Assembly (NCBI GenBank): GCA_963761335.1
Contig: CAVXGR010000018.1
Span: 1,024,001-1,088,000, forward strand
Source of the DNA: an uncultured delta proteobacterium
Lineage (GTDB): Bacteria; Desulfobacterota; Binatia; HRBIN30; BPIQ01
DNA length: 64,000 nt
Reading direction: 5' to 3'
Shown here in pieces: positions 50,908 through 64,000 of the stretch. Within the stretch, counting starts at the first letter, position 1. Every line of letters starts with the position of its first letter. The notes under the pieces are model-generated. The model was not told the DNA's origin and made no database searches. It saw only the letters and a list, made by a program, of their open reading frames with translations. The position numbers and the translations under genes were made by a program.

Positions 50908-53758
50908 TCAGGCCTTCTCCACCTCGACGCGGGTGTCGCGGTCGACCTGGTTCGGTTCCCAGTGGGCGTAGGCCCAGTGCAGGTGCCCGTAGTCGCCGAC
51001 CAGGTTGGTGGGCTTGAAGGGGCTGGGAATGATGCCGTGGTCGCTGATGCCGCCCGGAACTGGTACGGCTCCCAGGCGTGGTAGACGAATACCTCGCCGG
51101 GCTGCACGTAGCGGGCGATCTTGGCGTGCAGGACGAAGGCGCCGAGATCGTTGCGCACGCGCACCAGATCGTTATCGCCGATGCCGCGATCGGCGGCGTC
51201 GCGGTCGTTCAGGTAGACCACCGGCTCGCCGCGCTGGAGGCGCAGCAGCGGACCCTGGTCGCGCCACTGCGAATGGATGCTCCAGCGCGTGTGTCCGCCG
51301 CTGAGGACGAGCGGGTAGTCGCCGCCGGCACGCGGCGGCGGCTTGTGCACCGGGAGGGCCTCGCCACATTCCAGGAACCACGGATGGTCGATGTAGAACT
51401 GCTGGCGGCCGGTGAGCGTCGGCCAGCGCTGCTTCTTCTCGACGAACCAGCGATGCGGCACCAGCGGCTCGCTCTCGGAGTAGTCGCTGAAGAAGCCCGC
51501 CGTGCCGCCGGCAGGTCCGGTGCCGCGGAAGCGAACCGCGCCCTCGCCGCGCATGTCTTCCAGGGAGACCTTCTTCTGACGAGGAGTAGCCGAGGATGAA
51601 CTCCAGCGCCTTCTCCTCGTCGCCCGGCCCGAAGCGGCCGCTGTCGGTGAAGGCCTGATCCAGCTGCTGCGCGTCGCGCTCCCGCGCGGCGATGTCCTTG
51701 TACGGTGCCAGCTGGCGCTTGCGCGCCTCGCGCGCCACCGCCTCGGAGAGCAGGGCGAAGATCTCCCATTCCGGCTTGGCCTCGCCGCGGGGCGCGACGG
51801 CGCGGTCGCCGAGATGCACGTAGGGAACGAAGGAGACGAGATACTTGAGGTCCGTCTTCTCGTACCAGAAGGCCGCCGGCAGAATGATGTCGGCCTAGCG
51901 GCCGGTCTCGTTCATGCGGAAGTTGACGTCGACGGCGAGCTTCACCTTCGGCCACAGCGTCTCGAGCAGTCGCGTGTTGTTGCGCGAGTGGCGCAGGACG
52001 TTGCCGAAGATCGAGAGGATGACCTGCGGGGATGCCCCGGCTGCGGGAACACCGGGAACCACTTCTTCTCGATCGCCTCCCTCAGGTAGTCCTTGGTGGG
52101 ACGCGGCGCGGAGGTGTCGCCGTTGCGCGGATCGCCGGAGACGTCGTCGAGGCCCGTGCACCTGATGCCAGATCGAGCCGGGAACGAAGTACGCGGCGAA
52201 GAACTTCTCGGTGCCCTCCGGGTCCATGTAGGACTTGGCGGCGAAGGTCGCCAGATTCATCAGGCCGAGCTGCTCCTGCATGCCGAGGATGGCGAAGCCC
52301 TCGGGCGCGAAGAAGCCGCCGGAGCGCCAGCCGCCGCCGGCGCGGCCGAGGTTGCCGGTGAGCGAGGCGAGGAGGATCTGCGCCCGCTGCGCCAGGTCGG
52401 CGTGGAGGAACTTGCACTGGCCCCACGAGAGAGGATCAGCGCCGCCAGGCGCCTTGGCGAGGCCGCGGGCGAAGCGGCGGATGGTGTCGGCGCTGACGCC
52501 GGTGATCGCGGCACCTGCTCGGGCTGGTAGTCCGCGTCGAGGTGCTCGCGCAGCAGGGAGAAGACCGTGCGCACCGGCACCGGCTTGTTGCCGATGGAGA
52601 GCGTTCCGTTGAAGTCGAGGTCCGCCGTCACCGCGGCGCTGTCGAGCCGCTCAGGCCGCCGCTGCCGGGCGCCGGAACCGCCGTCTTGCGCTGCCCGTCC
52701 CAGACGAAGAAGGCCGTGTCGGAGCCGCCGCCGCAGGTCGGACTCGCGCACGAAGCGGTGGGTGTCGGTGCGCACCAGCAGCGGCAGGTCGGTCTGCTCG
52801 GCGACGTAGGCGGCATCGTAGAGGGTCTCGGCGACGATCACCTGCGCCGCGCCGAGCGCCAGCGCCGCGTCGGTGCCCGGGCGCGGGTTGATCCAGAGAT
52901 CGGCGTGGATGGCGCTGTTGTTCAGGTCCGGGCAGATGGCCACCACCTCGGCGCCGCGATAGCGCGCCTCGTAGATGAAGTGGGCGTCGGGGATGCGCGT
53001 CGCCGACGGGTTGAAGGCCCAGAGCACGAGGTACGACGAGCGCCACCAGTCGTCGGAAGAGCCGCACGGATGGCCGTTGCCGAGCGTGATGGTGGCGCCG
53101 ACGGAGAGGTCGCCGATCTGCGCCATCGAATCGGTGGCGGGCGAGCCGAGCAGGCGGAAGAAGCGGATCGGCGCGGCGCTGTTCGGGCCGGCGCCGATGT
53201 TGGGGCCGAGCTCGCAGAGGACGCTGCCGGCCCCTCCTTCTCGAGGGCGTCGACGATGCCGCGCGCGATCGCCGAGAGCGCCTCGTCCCAGGAGATGCGC
53301 TCCCACCTTCCCTCGCCGCGCTCGCCGACGCGCTGCAGCGGGTAGAGGACGCGCGACGGCGAGTACATCAGGCTCGAGCCGCAGGCGCCCTTCTGGCAGC
53401 CGCGCGGGTTGAAGTCGGGCAGCCCGGGCGCCGAGGCGGCGTAGGGCGACTTCTGCTCCTCGCGCCACACCATGTCGTCCTTGACGTAGAGATCCCAGGC
53501 GCAGCCCGAGACGCAGTTGGTCATCGTGTGCGTGCCGCGCGCGACGCGATCCCAGGTCCACTTCTGGCGGTAGACGTCTTCCCAGCCGCGATAATCGGGA
53601 AGGGCGGCGGCAAGGCCCGGTGTCGCCGTCAGAGACGGTTGCGTGTCGGCGGCGGCGCGCGCCAGCTGCAGACGCGAGAGGCTCAGCCCCGCCGCCGCCA
53701 TGCCGGTGACCCGTAGGAACTGCCGGCGCGTGAAGCCGCTGCCGAGAGGCCCGTCCAT
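50908..53758 (-). CDS. Type II molybdoenzyme alpha subunit 2 (multiple frameshifts, probably sequencing errors)
   Basis: Tat motif FTRRQFL; HTMTNCVSGC...NPRGCQKG; QIGD; WPTLTGRQQFYIDH; GGHTRWSIH; ends RDTRVEVEKA*. Confidence 0.85.
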
Positions 53759-53768
53759 CGTGGGCCAG

Positions 53769-53788
53769 CCTACCGTGCGGTCGGTCGG
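53769..53788 (-). promoter_or_regulatory. Conserved palindrome-like motif upstream of alpha 2
   Basis: CCTACCGTGCGGTCGGTCGG; similar sites at 58950, 62027 and 62260. Confidence 0.55.
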
Positions 53789-53941
53789 GCCGGTATGAGG
53801 TTTGTCAGTCGGGGGCATGATGTAGTCGGGGACAGGCAATTTTTGCCGCTGGAAGGCTTGGGACTTGATGGCGCTGGAAGGTGTGCTTGGGAAATCCTCG
53901 ATCGGCAGCTTCGTGTGAAAAAGTCGCGTGTCCCTCTGCCG

Positions 53942-54120
53942 TCGCGGTCGGATGGGGACGGGATAACACCTTTTCGGCGAGCGATGCGGGCGCATTCATT
54001 GGCGACTCCCTGGCGCCGAAAAGGAGCCAGTCCTCGCGGTCGGATGGGCACAGGCACCTTTTCGGCGAGCGATGCGGGCGCATTCATTGCGACTCCCTGG
54101 CGCCAAAGGAGCCAGTCCCC
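53942..54120. repeat. Two ~90-bp tandem REP-like hairpin units
   Basis: TCGCGGTCGGATGGG...CACCTTTTCGGCGAGCGATGCGGGCGCATTCATT(G)GCGACTCCCTGGCGCC..AAAGGAGCCAGTCC occurs twice. Confidence 0.85.
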
Positions 54121-56312
54121 TCAGTAGTCGAACTGGGTCCAGTCGGTCTTGTCCTCTTTCTTCTTCTCCGCCTCCTGCGCTTCCTGCTGCGCCTTCAGCG
54201 TCTCCTCCGGCGGCTCGGTCATGCCCATCAGGTAGGTGGTGATGTCGTCGATGTCCTTCTTCGGGTTCTCGACCTTGGGGACGCCCTCGACGGTGTAGAA
54301 GACCGTGGGCATGCGCGTCTCGATTCCGGCGATCTGTTTGGGCGGCGAGGAAGTCGCGGATCCACTCGGTCGCAGGCGCTGCTTGGCGAGCATCAGGTTG
54401 ATCGAGAGGTCGTCCGGGTCGACTCCTTCCGGCAGGCCCTGGTCGATCGAGGTCGGGTGACATTGCATGCACTTGTAATGGCGGAAGCGCTTGATGCCGC
54501 GCTGAAAGTGGTCCTGTGCGATGTTCTCCTTGGCGACGTAGGTGTAGGGATTGGTCACCTCGGCCACGGCGGCGAAACCGGCGACCAGATCGCGCGCCTG
54601 CGCCTCGGTGAAGCCGAAGGTGGGCATGCGCATCTTCAGCCAGGGGCGGACCTGCTTGGGCTCGAGGAGGAACTGGTACATGTACTGGCCCTGCAGGCGG
54701 GCGCCGACGCCCTCGAGCATGGGCGGCCCGTTCTTGCGCTCGAGGAACTGGCGATTCGCGGCTCCTTGCCGTTGATGCGGTGGCAGCCGTTGCAGTTCAG
54801 GTGCGCCTGTCCAGCTCGCCTCGCGGTGCGCTTCGCTGGCGCGCGTTGCCCGCACCGTGTAGTTCGCCGGCAGGCGGCGTTCGAAGGCAGAGAACGTACG
54901 TGATCAGCGCGTCGGACTCGTCGTCGGTCAGATGGAATAGCGGCATCAACAGCTTGATCTTGTCGGTGTCGTACGCGCGCGGATCCTTCAGCTTGCGGCG
55001 CAGCCAGTCCCACTTCGTGCGCGGGATGTCGGTGATCGTGGCGAAGTCGAGCTCGTCGACGGGGCGGCGGGCGAACTCGCGCAGGTCGGGGACCGAGGGG
55101 CGCACCTTCTCGAAGCCGTCGATGGCGTGGCAGCCGTAGCACTCGTAGTGCTTGACCAGCTGCCTGCCGTCGGCGGCGTTGAAACTGGAGAGGTCCGGCG
55201 CCTTCGGCAACGGCTCGGCGCGCTTCAGCGTCATCAGGTAGGCGACGATGTCGTGGCGCTCCTCGTCGGTGAGCTCCAGCTTCGGCATGCCGGCGTCGGG
55301 GTTGTACGCCTTGGGATCGGCGATCCAGCGATCGAGCCAGGCGGCGGTGACCTTCGATCCGATGCCGGCGAGGTGGGGGACGCGCGGCGAGACGCTGTGC
55401 TCGTCGGCCTTCATGGCATGGCAGCCGCGGCAGCCGCGCTCGGTGAAGAGCCGCTCGCCGTCCTGCGCCGAGGCGCCGTCGAGCGATACCGGGGCGTTGG
55501 CCCCCTCGGGCAAGGTCAGCAGAAAGGCGGTGATCTTGCCGACTCCTCGTCGTCCGAGCTTGAAGTTCGGCATGGCCGTGTCGGGGCTGATCGCCGCGGG
55601 GTCTTTGATCCAGTCGTAGAGAAGTCCGCAGGTCGCAGCTTCGCTTGCAGCGGCGTCAGCGGCGGGGCGAACTTGGGAAGGTAGTGGATGCCTTTACGTC
55701 GTGGCAGCCGTAGCAGCCCTTCTCCATGAAGAGGTCGGCGCCGCGCGTGGCGACGCTCGGCGCCCTCCAGGCCGTGCGTCACCTCGTGACAGCGGGCGCA
55801 GGTGGTCTGCACGTAGCGCCGTCGGCAGCAGCGGCAGAGCCAGTTGGCCTCCGTGCCCGTGGGCGCCCTCGACCGTGGTGGCCACGCCCTGGCCGTCGTG
55901 ACACGGCGTGCAGCCGAAGCGGGTTGACGTCGTGGTGCTTCAGCATCTTGCCCGGATGGGTGCGAAGGGCTGCGGCGCGTCCTCGAACAGAGGGTTGTCG
56001 ATGCCGCGGTGGCAGGTGGTGCAGCGGTCGGCGACCTTGAGGTCCTCGAGATAGATCTGCGCGATCTCCGGCTTCGCACTCGCGAGACCTCGTCGATCAC
56101 GCGCTGCCAGCGCGCTGTCTCGTTGGTATCGTTCTTCGCCGTCGCTTCCTTGAGCTTGGCAGTGGCGCGCTGCGTAGAGCTGGACGAAGTCCTTCTGATA
56201 GTGCATCCACGGCCGCGTGTCCTCGCTGCGGATGGCCACCACGCACAGCAGCAGGAACACCGGGCTGAGGATGCGCCAAGCGCAGGCGCATCCCAGGGGT
56301 GCCGCGCATCAT
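54121..56312 (-). CDS. Membrane-anchored octaheme cytochrome c of the Rieske/cytochrome b cassette (frameshifted)
   Basis: N-terminal TM, then RPW..YQ..F. CTTCH, CTPCH, CARCH, CYGCH, CRGCH, CYGCH, CNGCH and CMQCH appear in order across frames, with MP distal-Met motifs. Confidence 0.8.
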
Positions 56313-56487
56313 CGCATCACCTCCCGTTGGTCACCTGCACTTGCCGGCGATGCGCGCTGCCTCCCTTGCCGTCTTCCAAGGAGAGAGGGCAGGGAAGAGG
56401 TTCCTCTCCCTCCGGGCTCAGCGGTGAGGGGGCAACATGCGGCTAGGTCGAAACGCGTGCCTCTGCATCTTATTGCGTCGCATGGCA

Positions 56488-57254
56488 CTACAGATTGAAC
56501 CATGGCGTCACCAGCACGTACTTCACCCCGAGCAGCAGGCGCAGGAAGATCTTGATCGGCACGCCGTACATCAGCAGCGTGAGGGTCAGCACCGCGCGTA
56601 GCGCCGAGCGGCCGAGACCTTCGTAGAGCCAGGGCCAGCGCCGCGCGCGGCAGCAGCAGGCCGGCGCCGAAGTAGATGGCGAGCACCGGCAGGCCGACCC
56701 ACCACGGGAAGCTCCACAGGCTCTCCTCGGCGCTCTTCTGCACCGCCCAGCTCTCCCACGGCCAGTAGATCTGCCAGTTCGGGCCGCGCAGGAACTGGCC
56801 GATGGCGATCAGCACCCACCACAGCGCGAAGCCGAACAGGAAGTGGCCGAGAGCCAGCCGGCGCTCGCCAAGGTGTAGCGCCCGTCGCGTTGCGGCTGGT
56901 GTCGAGATACGGGATCGCCATCAGTCCGACGATGATCAGCGTCGGGAATCGCCACGCCGGCGATCCAGGGATCGAAGTAGACCAGCAGCTCCTGCAGGCC
57001 GACGAAGTACCACGGCGCCTTGGCCGGGTTCTCCGTCTTTCCCGGGTTGGCCTCCGACAGCAGCGGCGCGTTGACGGCCAGCGACCAGGCCAGCAGCACG
57101 ATGGAGACCAGCAGCGCGGCGAGGAACTCCTTGAAGACGAGATAGGGAAACACCGCGGCGTCGTTTCCGTGCGATCGCCCCGAGTGGGACCGCGCCGAGC
57201 TGCGATCGACCTCTCGCGCTCCGGCGGATGCGCTTCCATGCGTCGACTCGACAT
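56488..57254 (-). CDS. Cytochrome b subunit IV-like (PetD/QcrC-like) protein with extra TM helices (frameshifted)
   Basis: [11 protein letters not shown]...[30 protein letters not shown]; ends TPWFNL*. Confidence 0.8.
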
Positions 57255-57261
57255 CTCGCTC

Positions 57262-58040
<779 letters not shown>

Positions 58041-58060
<20 letters not shown>

Positions 58061-58340
58061 GCTCGCCTCCCACTCGGGGGTGGCACCATCACGATGGCGT
58101 CCCACGGGCAACCGTCGAGAAGGGTGTCCTCGGGGCCCCGCCGCACACACTTCCGGCAGCCGACGCACTTCAGCGGATCGACCCAGATGCCCCGAAGGGA
58201 AAGGCGTCGTCGGCCGCCTGCAGCATCATGCAGTCGTCGACCGGGCAGTAGATCTGACACACCGGCGCACCGGCGCAGCCGCTGCAGGCGTCGGTGATGA
58301 CCGCCAGCAGCTTCGGCTTACCTTGCGGCGGCCGATGAAA
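58041..58340 (-). CDS. 2x[4Fe-4S]-type ferredoxin (frameshifted; start not resolved)
   Basis: KPKLLAVITDACSGCAGAPVCQIYCPV...DPLKCVGCRKC...GCPWDAI...HGELPY*. Confidence 0.7.
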
Positions 58341-58385
58341 CGGCCGTCGGCCTTCCGCTGGCGCGCCGCGGTTCGGCCTGGACGC

Positions 58386-58929
58386 CTAGAGCTGACGAAC
58401 GCACCGTCGACGTTGTAGCGTTCCGGGCCATAGACGATGCTGGTGTCGACGATCAGCTGGCCATCGACGCTGAGCCCGATGCGGAAGCGGTCGAGCGGCC
58501 GTGGCGCCGGACCGGCGAAGTTGGTGCCGTTGCTGTGATACTCGCTGCCGTGACAAGGGCACTTGAAGATGTCGAGGTCGGCGAACCAGTTGATGGTGCA
58601 GCCGAGGTGGGCGCAGCGCGCCGACAGAGCGTAGATGCGCTCACGCTCGCGGACGACGAAGAAACGATGCGCCGACTTCCAGCGTCCGTCGACGAGGATG
58701 ACGCCATAGGGGTCCGGCGTCGCCGCCGGCTGAGAAAGCGTTCCGGCGGGCCGATGCGGAACGTGCTCGGCGGGTGGAAGAGGACGCGAGGAAAGAAGAA
58801 GATGACGGTCTCATGGTCCCCGTGCCGAGCACGACCGCGAAGGCACCCCAACCGGCCGCCCCCAGCCCGCGCGACAGAAACTCGCGCCGCGACAACTCTC
58901 TAGTAGCTCGGGGAGGCTCGAATATCCAT
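58386..58929 (-). CDS. Rieske [2Fe-2S] protein with Tat anchor (frameshifted)
   Basis: SRREFL, FFFPRVLFHP, CAHLGC, CPCHGSEY, GPAPRPL. Confidence 0.88.
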
Positions 58930-58946
58930 GTCTAACGCGTCTCGGT

Positions 58947-58972
58947 CTCCCTACCTAACGTTCGGTAGGGAG
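58947..58972. promoter_or_regulatory. Near-perfect 26-bp palindrome upstream of the Rieske gene
   Basis: CTCCCTACCTAACGTTCGGTAGGGAG. Confidence 0.65.
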
Positions 58973-59024
58973 CCGGAACATGACGAAGCTCAGGGATGGC
59001 GTTGACGAATGGCACATCCCGAAT

Positions 59025-59093
59025 CCGTGCCCGCGCCCGTGCCCGTCCTCTTGGCCGGTCCAACGACGGGCACGGGCACGGGCGCGGGCACGG
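59025..59093. terminator. Hexamer-repeat hairpin downstream of alpha 3
   Basis: CCGTGCCCGCGCCCGTGCCCGTC pairs with GACGGGCACGGGCACGGGCGCGGGCACGG. Confidence 0.6.
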
Positions 59094-59136
59094 TTTGAGA
59101 CAGCCTCGAAACTCGGGACTACGTGCGCGGGCTCGC

Positions 59137-62017
59137 TCAGGCGCGCTGGACCTCCACCGTCGTTCCCCGGGGGCCGTGGCTGGGGGCGTAGGAGAACATC
59201 CGGTAGTGGAGATGGCCGTAGCCGCCACGAGACGTGCTGCGGCTTCCACGGCGACGGCACCGCCTCCTGGCTCTGGATCCAGTCCTTGAACTGGTACGTT
59301 CTCCCAGGCGTGGTAGATGACCACCTGGCCGGGTTGCAGTGCCGGAGGGGAGGGTTTCACGTGGATGTGGAACGAGCCGACGTCGTTGTAGACGCGAACG
59401 TAGTCGTATTGGTCCTTGATGTCCCGTTTCTCGGCGTCGTCCATGTTCATGTACATCACGGGTTGACCGCGTTGCAGCCGTAGCATGTTGGCGCTGATCG
59501 CGCCAGATGGCGTGGATCGACCAGCGCGTGTGGCCGCCGGTGAGCCGCAGCGGATAGTTGACCGCCCGCCGTCGGCGGCTCCTTGTGCACCGGCAGCGCC
59601 TCCCCGGTTTCGATGTACCACTCCTGGTCGAGGCAGGAACTGCTGCCGGCCGGTGAGCGTCGGCCACGGCTCCTTCTTTTCCACGAACCACTGCTGCGGG
59701 TAGACCGTGTTGCCGGGCTCGAAGTCGCTGCAGATGGCGTTGTGCGGCCCGTAGTGGCCGATCGCCTGGATCGGCAGCGCACCCCTTGGTCTTCGCGTCC
59801 TGCCAGGTGAACCCCTTGGTGACCGCGGAGGTCTTGGATCATGTGGTCCATGGCTGCCTTCTTCGTTGCCGACTTCCATAGAGGGGACCGTCCATCCGAT
59901 ACTTCTCGAACAAGTTGGCGTAGTCGCGCTCGATGCCGTAGTGGTCCTTGAACGGCTGGACGTTCCGCGGGGCGCGCGCTCTTTCCTGAACCTTGCGCGC
60001 GAGGCATGGCGAAGACGGTGAACTCGGATTTCGACTCCTCCATCGGTTTTACCGCCTGGTCGGCGAAGATGACGTAGGGCACCAGGCTCTGCGGATACTT
60101 GAGGCCGATCTTCTCGTAGTACGCGGCGGCCGGGAGCAGGACGTCGGACTGGAGTCCGGTGGAGCACATGCGGAAGTTCAGGTTGACGATCAGGTCGAGC
60201 TTGGGCCACAGGTGCTTGAGTGCCAACTGCGGCACGGGCCAGCGCCGCAGCGGGTTGGGGCCGGTGTAGAAGTAGACCTTGGGGGGCCGCTCCTTCGGCG
60301 GCGACACCCGCAGCCACTTCTTCTCCGTCCGCCTCCTTGATGAACTCGGCGACACCCCGCGGTAAGGCCGGGTCGTTGAAGTCCTTGCGGTCGCAGACCT
60401 CGTTCATGCCCCCGTGGACGTAGAGGAACGGCAGCAGGGGCGTGAACGGCCGCTCCCGCTGTGGGTGGTCATGAACTCTCGAAGTCGCGCGGCTTGGGCG
60501 ACATGAACTTGAGCAGCATCCGCTGGTAGAAGGGGACCTCGACCTCGCTCGAGATCTCGTTCATGGCGTCGATGCTGTACCAGCCCCCCGGCCGGATGCC
60601 GCCGCCGCGCTTGCCCTGGTTGCCGGTGAGCGCCATCAGCATGCACATCGTTCGCTGCGCCAGATCGGAGTGGTAGTGCTTGCACGAGCCCCAGGACGCG
60701 AAGATCATGCCCGTCTTGGCCTTGGCCAGGCCGCGCGCGACGCCGCGGATGACGTCGGCGTTGACGCCGGTGATCTGCGCCGCCTTCTCCGGTGTGTACT
60801 GCTGCAGGTGGTCGGCGAGGACGTCGAGGAGCGGTCGCACCGAGACCTTCTTGCCGCCGGCGAGGGTGACGGAGAAGCGGCCCGTGCAACGCCGGCTTGA
60901 TGGCGTTGAGATGGATGTCCTGGGTGCCGTGTCCCTGACTCCCGGGGGTCTCGGCGATCTGCTTGGTCGCCTCGTCCCAGAAGTAGAAGACGTCGTCCTT
61001 GCCACCGCTCTCCACGTCGCTTTGGCGCAGGTACTTGCTGGTGTCGTCGCGGACGAGAAACGGCAGATCGGTCTGCTCGCGGACGTAGTCCGCCTTGAAC
61101 AGGTTCTCGCTGATGATGACCTGCGCCATCGCCAGGCCCAGCGCCGCGTCGGTGCCCATGCGCGGGTTGAGCCACTCGTCGGCGTGGATGGAGGTCGCGT
61201 TGTAATCCGGGGCGATGGAGACGATCTTGGTGCCGCGGTAGCGCGCCTCCCACAGGAAGTGGGCGTCGGGGATGCGCGTGTAGACCGGGTTGGCGATCCA
61301 GATCAGGATGTAGTCGGCGTTGAACCAGTCGTCGGAGGTGCCGTCGGCGTTGAAGTTGCCCCAGGTCTGAATGCAACCCATCGGCAGGTCGCCGACGCCC
61401 GCCCACGAATCCATCACCGTCGCGCCGATCATGCCGAAGAAGCGCATCTCCGCAGCCGAGCCGGTGCCGAAATCGATGTTGGTGGTGCCGTGGTCGTAGA
61501 CGATGCAGTCGGGGCCGTCCTTCAGCGCCACGTCCAAAAGGGTATCGGCCACCTGGGTCAGCGCTTGATCCCAGCTCTGGCGCTCCCATGAGCCGGAGCC
61601 GCGCTCGCCTTTGCGGCGCAGCGGATACTTCAAGCGCGACGGCTCGTACATGAGCTGGCTGTAGCAGCCGCCTTTCTGGCAGCCGCGCGGGTTCATGTCC
61701 GGCACGTTCGGCGCGCTCGGCTTGTAGATCGTGTTCTGCTCCTCGCGCCAGGCGATGCCGTCCTTGACGTAGATGTTCCAGGAGCAGGCGGCGATGCAGT
61801 TGGTGCGAATGTGGGTGCTCTTTACGACGCTGTCCCACGTCCACTTGCCGCGGTAGACGTCCTCCCAGCGGCGGTAGTCGGGTAGACCGGGCAAGGAGCC
61901 GGCCACCGGCGGCGGACCCGGGCTCGTTCGCGCCAAACGCGAGGTCGAGGTTCCCCAGGGTCAACGTGGCGACGGCGGCTCCGGACCGCGAAGAAAGGCT
62001 CTGCGAGATAGCTCCAT
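59137..62017 (-). CDS. Type II molybdoenzyme alpha subunit 3 (multiple frameshifts)
   Basis: Tat motif MELSRRAFL; HIRTNCIAAC...NPRGCQKG; GVGDLP; WPTLTGRQQF; GGHTRWSIH; ends GTTVEVQRA*. Confidence 0.85.
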
Positions 62018-62305
62018 CGCCGCCTGCCTACCGTCGCGGTCGGTCGTGTCGGCATGACCGGCAATGCGTCACTGCCGAATGCGGACGCAGGGAGCTCGGG
62101 TTCACGGGTTCCGGTAGGCAGATGACAGAGGCTCATTTCCAGGCCACCCGTACCCGGATGACGCGGCACAGCCTCCTTGCAACTGATTGCCGCTGAGATC
62201 ATTGGCGACTCGGAGCGACTGATCTTTGTCACATCGGTCATGACACCCTGACCCTACCGGCCTCCGACCGAACGGTAGGAAGGGCGGCATCGAGGAGGAA
62301 CAACG

Positions 62306-63323
62306 ATGGGCAAACAGATGGCGATGGTCTTCGACCTGAACAAGTGCATCGGCTGCCAGACGTGCTCGGTCGCCTGCAAGGTCCTGTGGACCAACGAAGA
62401 GGGCAAGCGCGACATGTGGTGGTGCTCGGTGAACACGCAGCCGGGCCGCGGCACGCCGCGGGACTACGAGAAGATGGGCGGCGGCTACGACGCCAGCGGC
62501 AAGCTCGTGCTGGGCGAGCTGCCGAGCCCCGAGGAGTTCGGCGGCGCCTCCGAGTTCAACTGGGAGGACGTCCACAACTCGGGCAACGGCGGCGGCGCGG
62601 TGCACCTGCAGCCGACGCGCGGCGAGCCGACCTGGGCGATGAACTGGGACGAGGACGAGGGCGCCGGCGAGTATCCGAACGCCTACTACTTCTACATGCC
62701 GCGCGTCTGTAACTTCTGCTCCAAGCCGAGCTGCGTCGAGGCCTGTCCCAACGGCGCCATGTACAAGCGCGAGGACTTCGGCGTCGTCCTGCGCGACGCC
62801 GGCCCGCTGCAAGGGGACGCAGCAGTGCGCCCAGGCGTGTCCGTACAAGAAGATCTATTTCGATGCGGTGCGCCAACACCAGCCAGCACTGCATCGGCTG
62901 CTTCCCGCGCCTCGAGCACGGCGTCGCCCCCGCCTGCGTGCGGCAGTGCCCGGGCCGGGCGGTGTTCGTCGGCTACCGCGACGACGCGAAGGGCGCGATC
63001 CACACCCTGGTCGAGCGCTACAAGGTCGCGCTGCCCTTGCATCCCGAGTGGAACACCGAGCCCAACGTCTTCTACGTCCCGCCGCTGTCCGCCTTCGTCG
63101 TGCGCCCCGACGGCTCGATCGACGAGTCGCAGCGGCGCATCCCGCTGTCGTACCTGGAGTCGCTCTTCGGGCCGGCGCCGGCGCGGCCCTGCGCACGATC
63201 GAGGAGGAGATGGCCAAGCGCCAGCGCGGCCAGCCGTCGGAGCTGATGGACACGTTGATCGCGTACCAGTGGAACGAGGTGCTCGGCCCGTTCGACCGCG
63301 ACCCCGCCACCATCCACTGGTAG
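62306..63323 (+). CDS. Type II molybdoenzyme Fe-S beta subunit (EbdB/S25dB/NarH-like; frameshifted)
   Basis: SD GAGGAGG; MGKQMAMVFDLNKCIGCQTCSVACK, MNWDED.G.G.YPN.YYFY.PRVCNFC..PSCVEACP, CIGCFPR...CVRQCPGR, LPLHPE..TEPNVFYVPP. Confidence 0.9.
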
Positions 63324-63344
63324 CCCGCGCGAGAAGGAGCTGTC

Positions 63345-64000
63345 ATGGCACGGACCGACCAAAGATCGCCAATCCTCGGAAGAGACGTACCGCAACGCGT
63401 GGAAGTGGGACAAGGTCACCTGGGGATGCCACGCCGTCGACTGCTATCCCGGCGGCTGCCCGTGGCGGGTGTACTCGCCGCGACGGCAAGGTCGTGCGCG
63501 AGGAGCAGGCCAGCATCTTCGCGCCCATCGAGCCCGGCGTCCCCGACATGAACCCGATGGGCTGCCAGAAGGGCGCCTCGTGGAGCCAGCAGCACTACAA
63601 CGAGGAGCGCGTGCTCTACCCGATGAAGCGCGCCGGCAAGCGCGGCGAGGGCAAGTGGCAGCGCGTGTCGTGGGAGACCGCCTTCAACGACATCGCCGAC
63701 GCCATCCTGGACGCGGTCGAGGAGCAGGGGCCGCAGTCGCTCTACCACATCGGCACCCCGGGCGAGGGCGGCACGCAGCAGATCCTGTGGAACAATTTCT
63801 CGGCGCAGCTCGGCTTCCAGGTCACCGACCTGCAGGCCGAGATCAACGACTTCAGCCCCGGGATCTACACCACCTTCGGCAAGTTCGATCCGGCGCCGGG
63901 CGCCGACGACTTCTTCCACTGCGAGCTGGTGCTCATCTGGCACGCCAACCCGGTGTACACCAACATCACCTGGTACCACTTCATGCAGGAGGCGCGGTAC
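63345..64000 (+). CDS. Type II molybdoenzyme alpha subunit 4, no Tat leader, runs off the window end (frameshifted)
   Basis: SD AAGGAG; EETYRNAWKWDKVTWGCHAVDCYPGGC...REEQ...MNPMGCQKG...RGEGKWQRVSW...EINDFSPG..TFGK. Confidence 0.85.

Noticed and set aside
51895..51897. In-frame TAG in alpha 2 as pyrrolysine or readthrough
   Set aside because: It falls at a non-catalytic position (ETGR*ADIILP) in an error-rich region, and no pyl genes are visible.

Overview
A GC-rich bacterial chromosomal window. A dockerin-like Cys repeat at 23.7 kb suggests Candidatus Binatia/Binatota, but this is inference only. From left to right it contains: a TetR-regulated TolC/HlyD/ABC efflux operon (ybiH-ybhGFSR-like); hydrolases and envelope proteins; a REP-like tandem array; gloA; a sterol side-chain module (heteromeric acyl-CoA dehydrogenase pair, CYP142-like P450, FadD19-like ligase); an octaheme-TPR cytochrome; a YncE/phosphoesterase; Lon; and a divergent citrate synthase / HTH-citrate-synthase pair with a palindromic operator. 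A complete hypFCDEAB-hybOABCD (Hyb-type, group 1c-like) [NiFe]-hydrogenase operon follows, behind a sigma54-type promoter. The most notable region runs from 48 kb to the end. It holds four paralogous ethylbenzene/steroid-C25-dehydrogenase-type molybdoenzyme alpha subunits and one beta subunit, surrounding a Rieske-ferredoxin-cytochrome b6-subunit IV-octaheme cytochrome c cassette. Four gene starts in this region share a palindrome-like upstream motif. From about 50.9 kb onward nearly every gene carries several indels, most likely long-read assembly errors, so coordinates there are reconstructed across frames. No rRNA, tRNA, CRISPR array or transposase was recognised.
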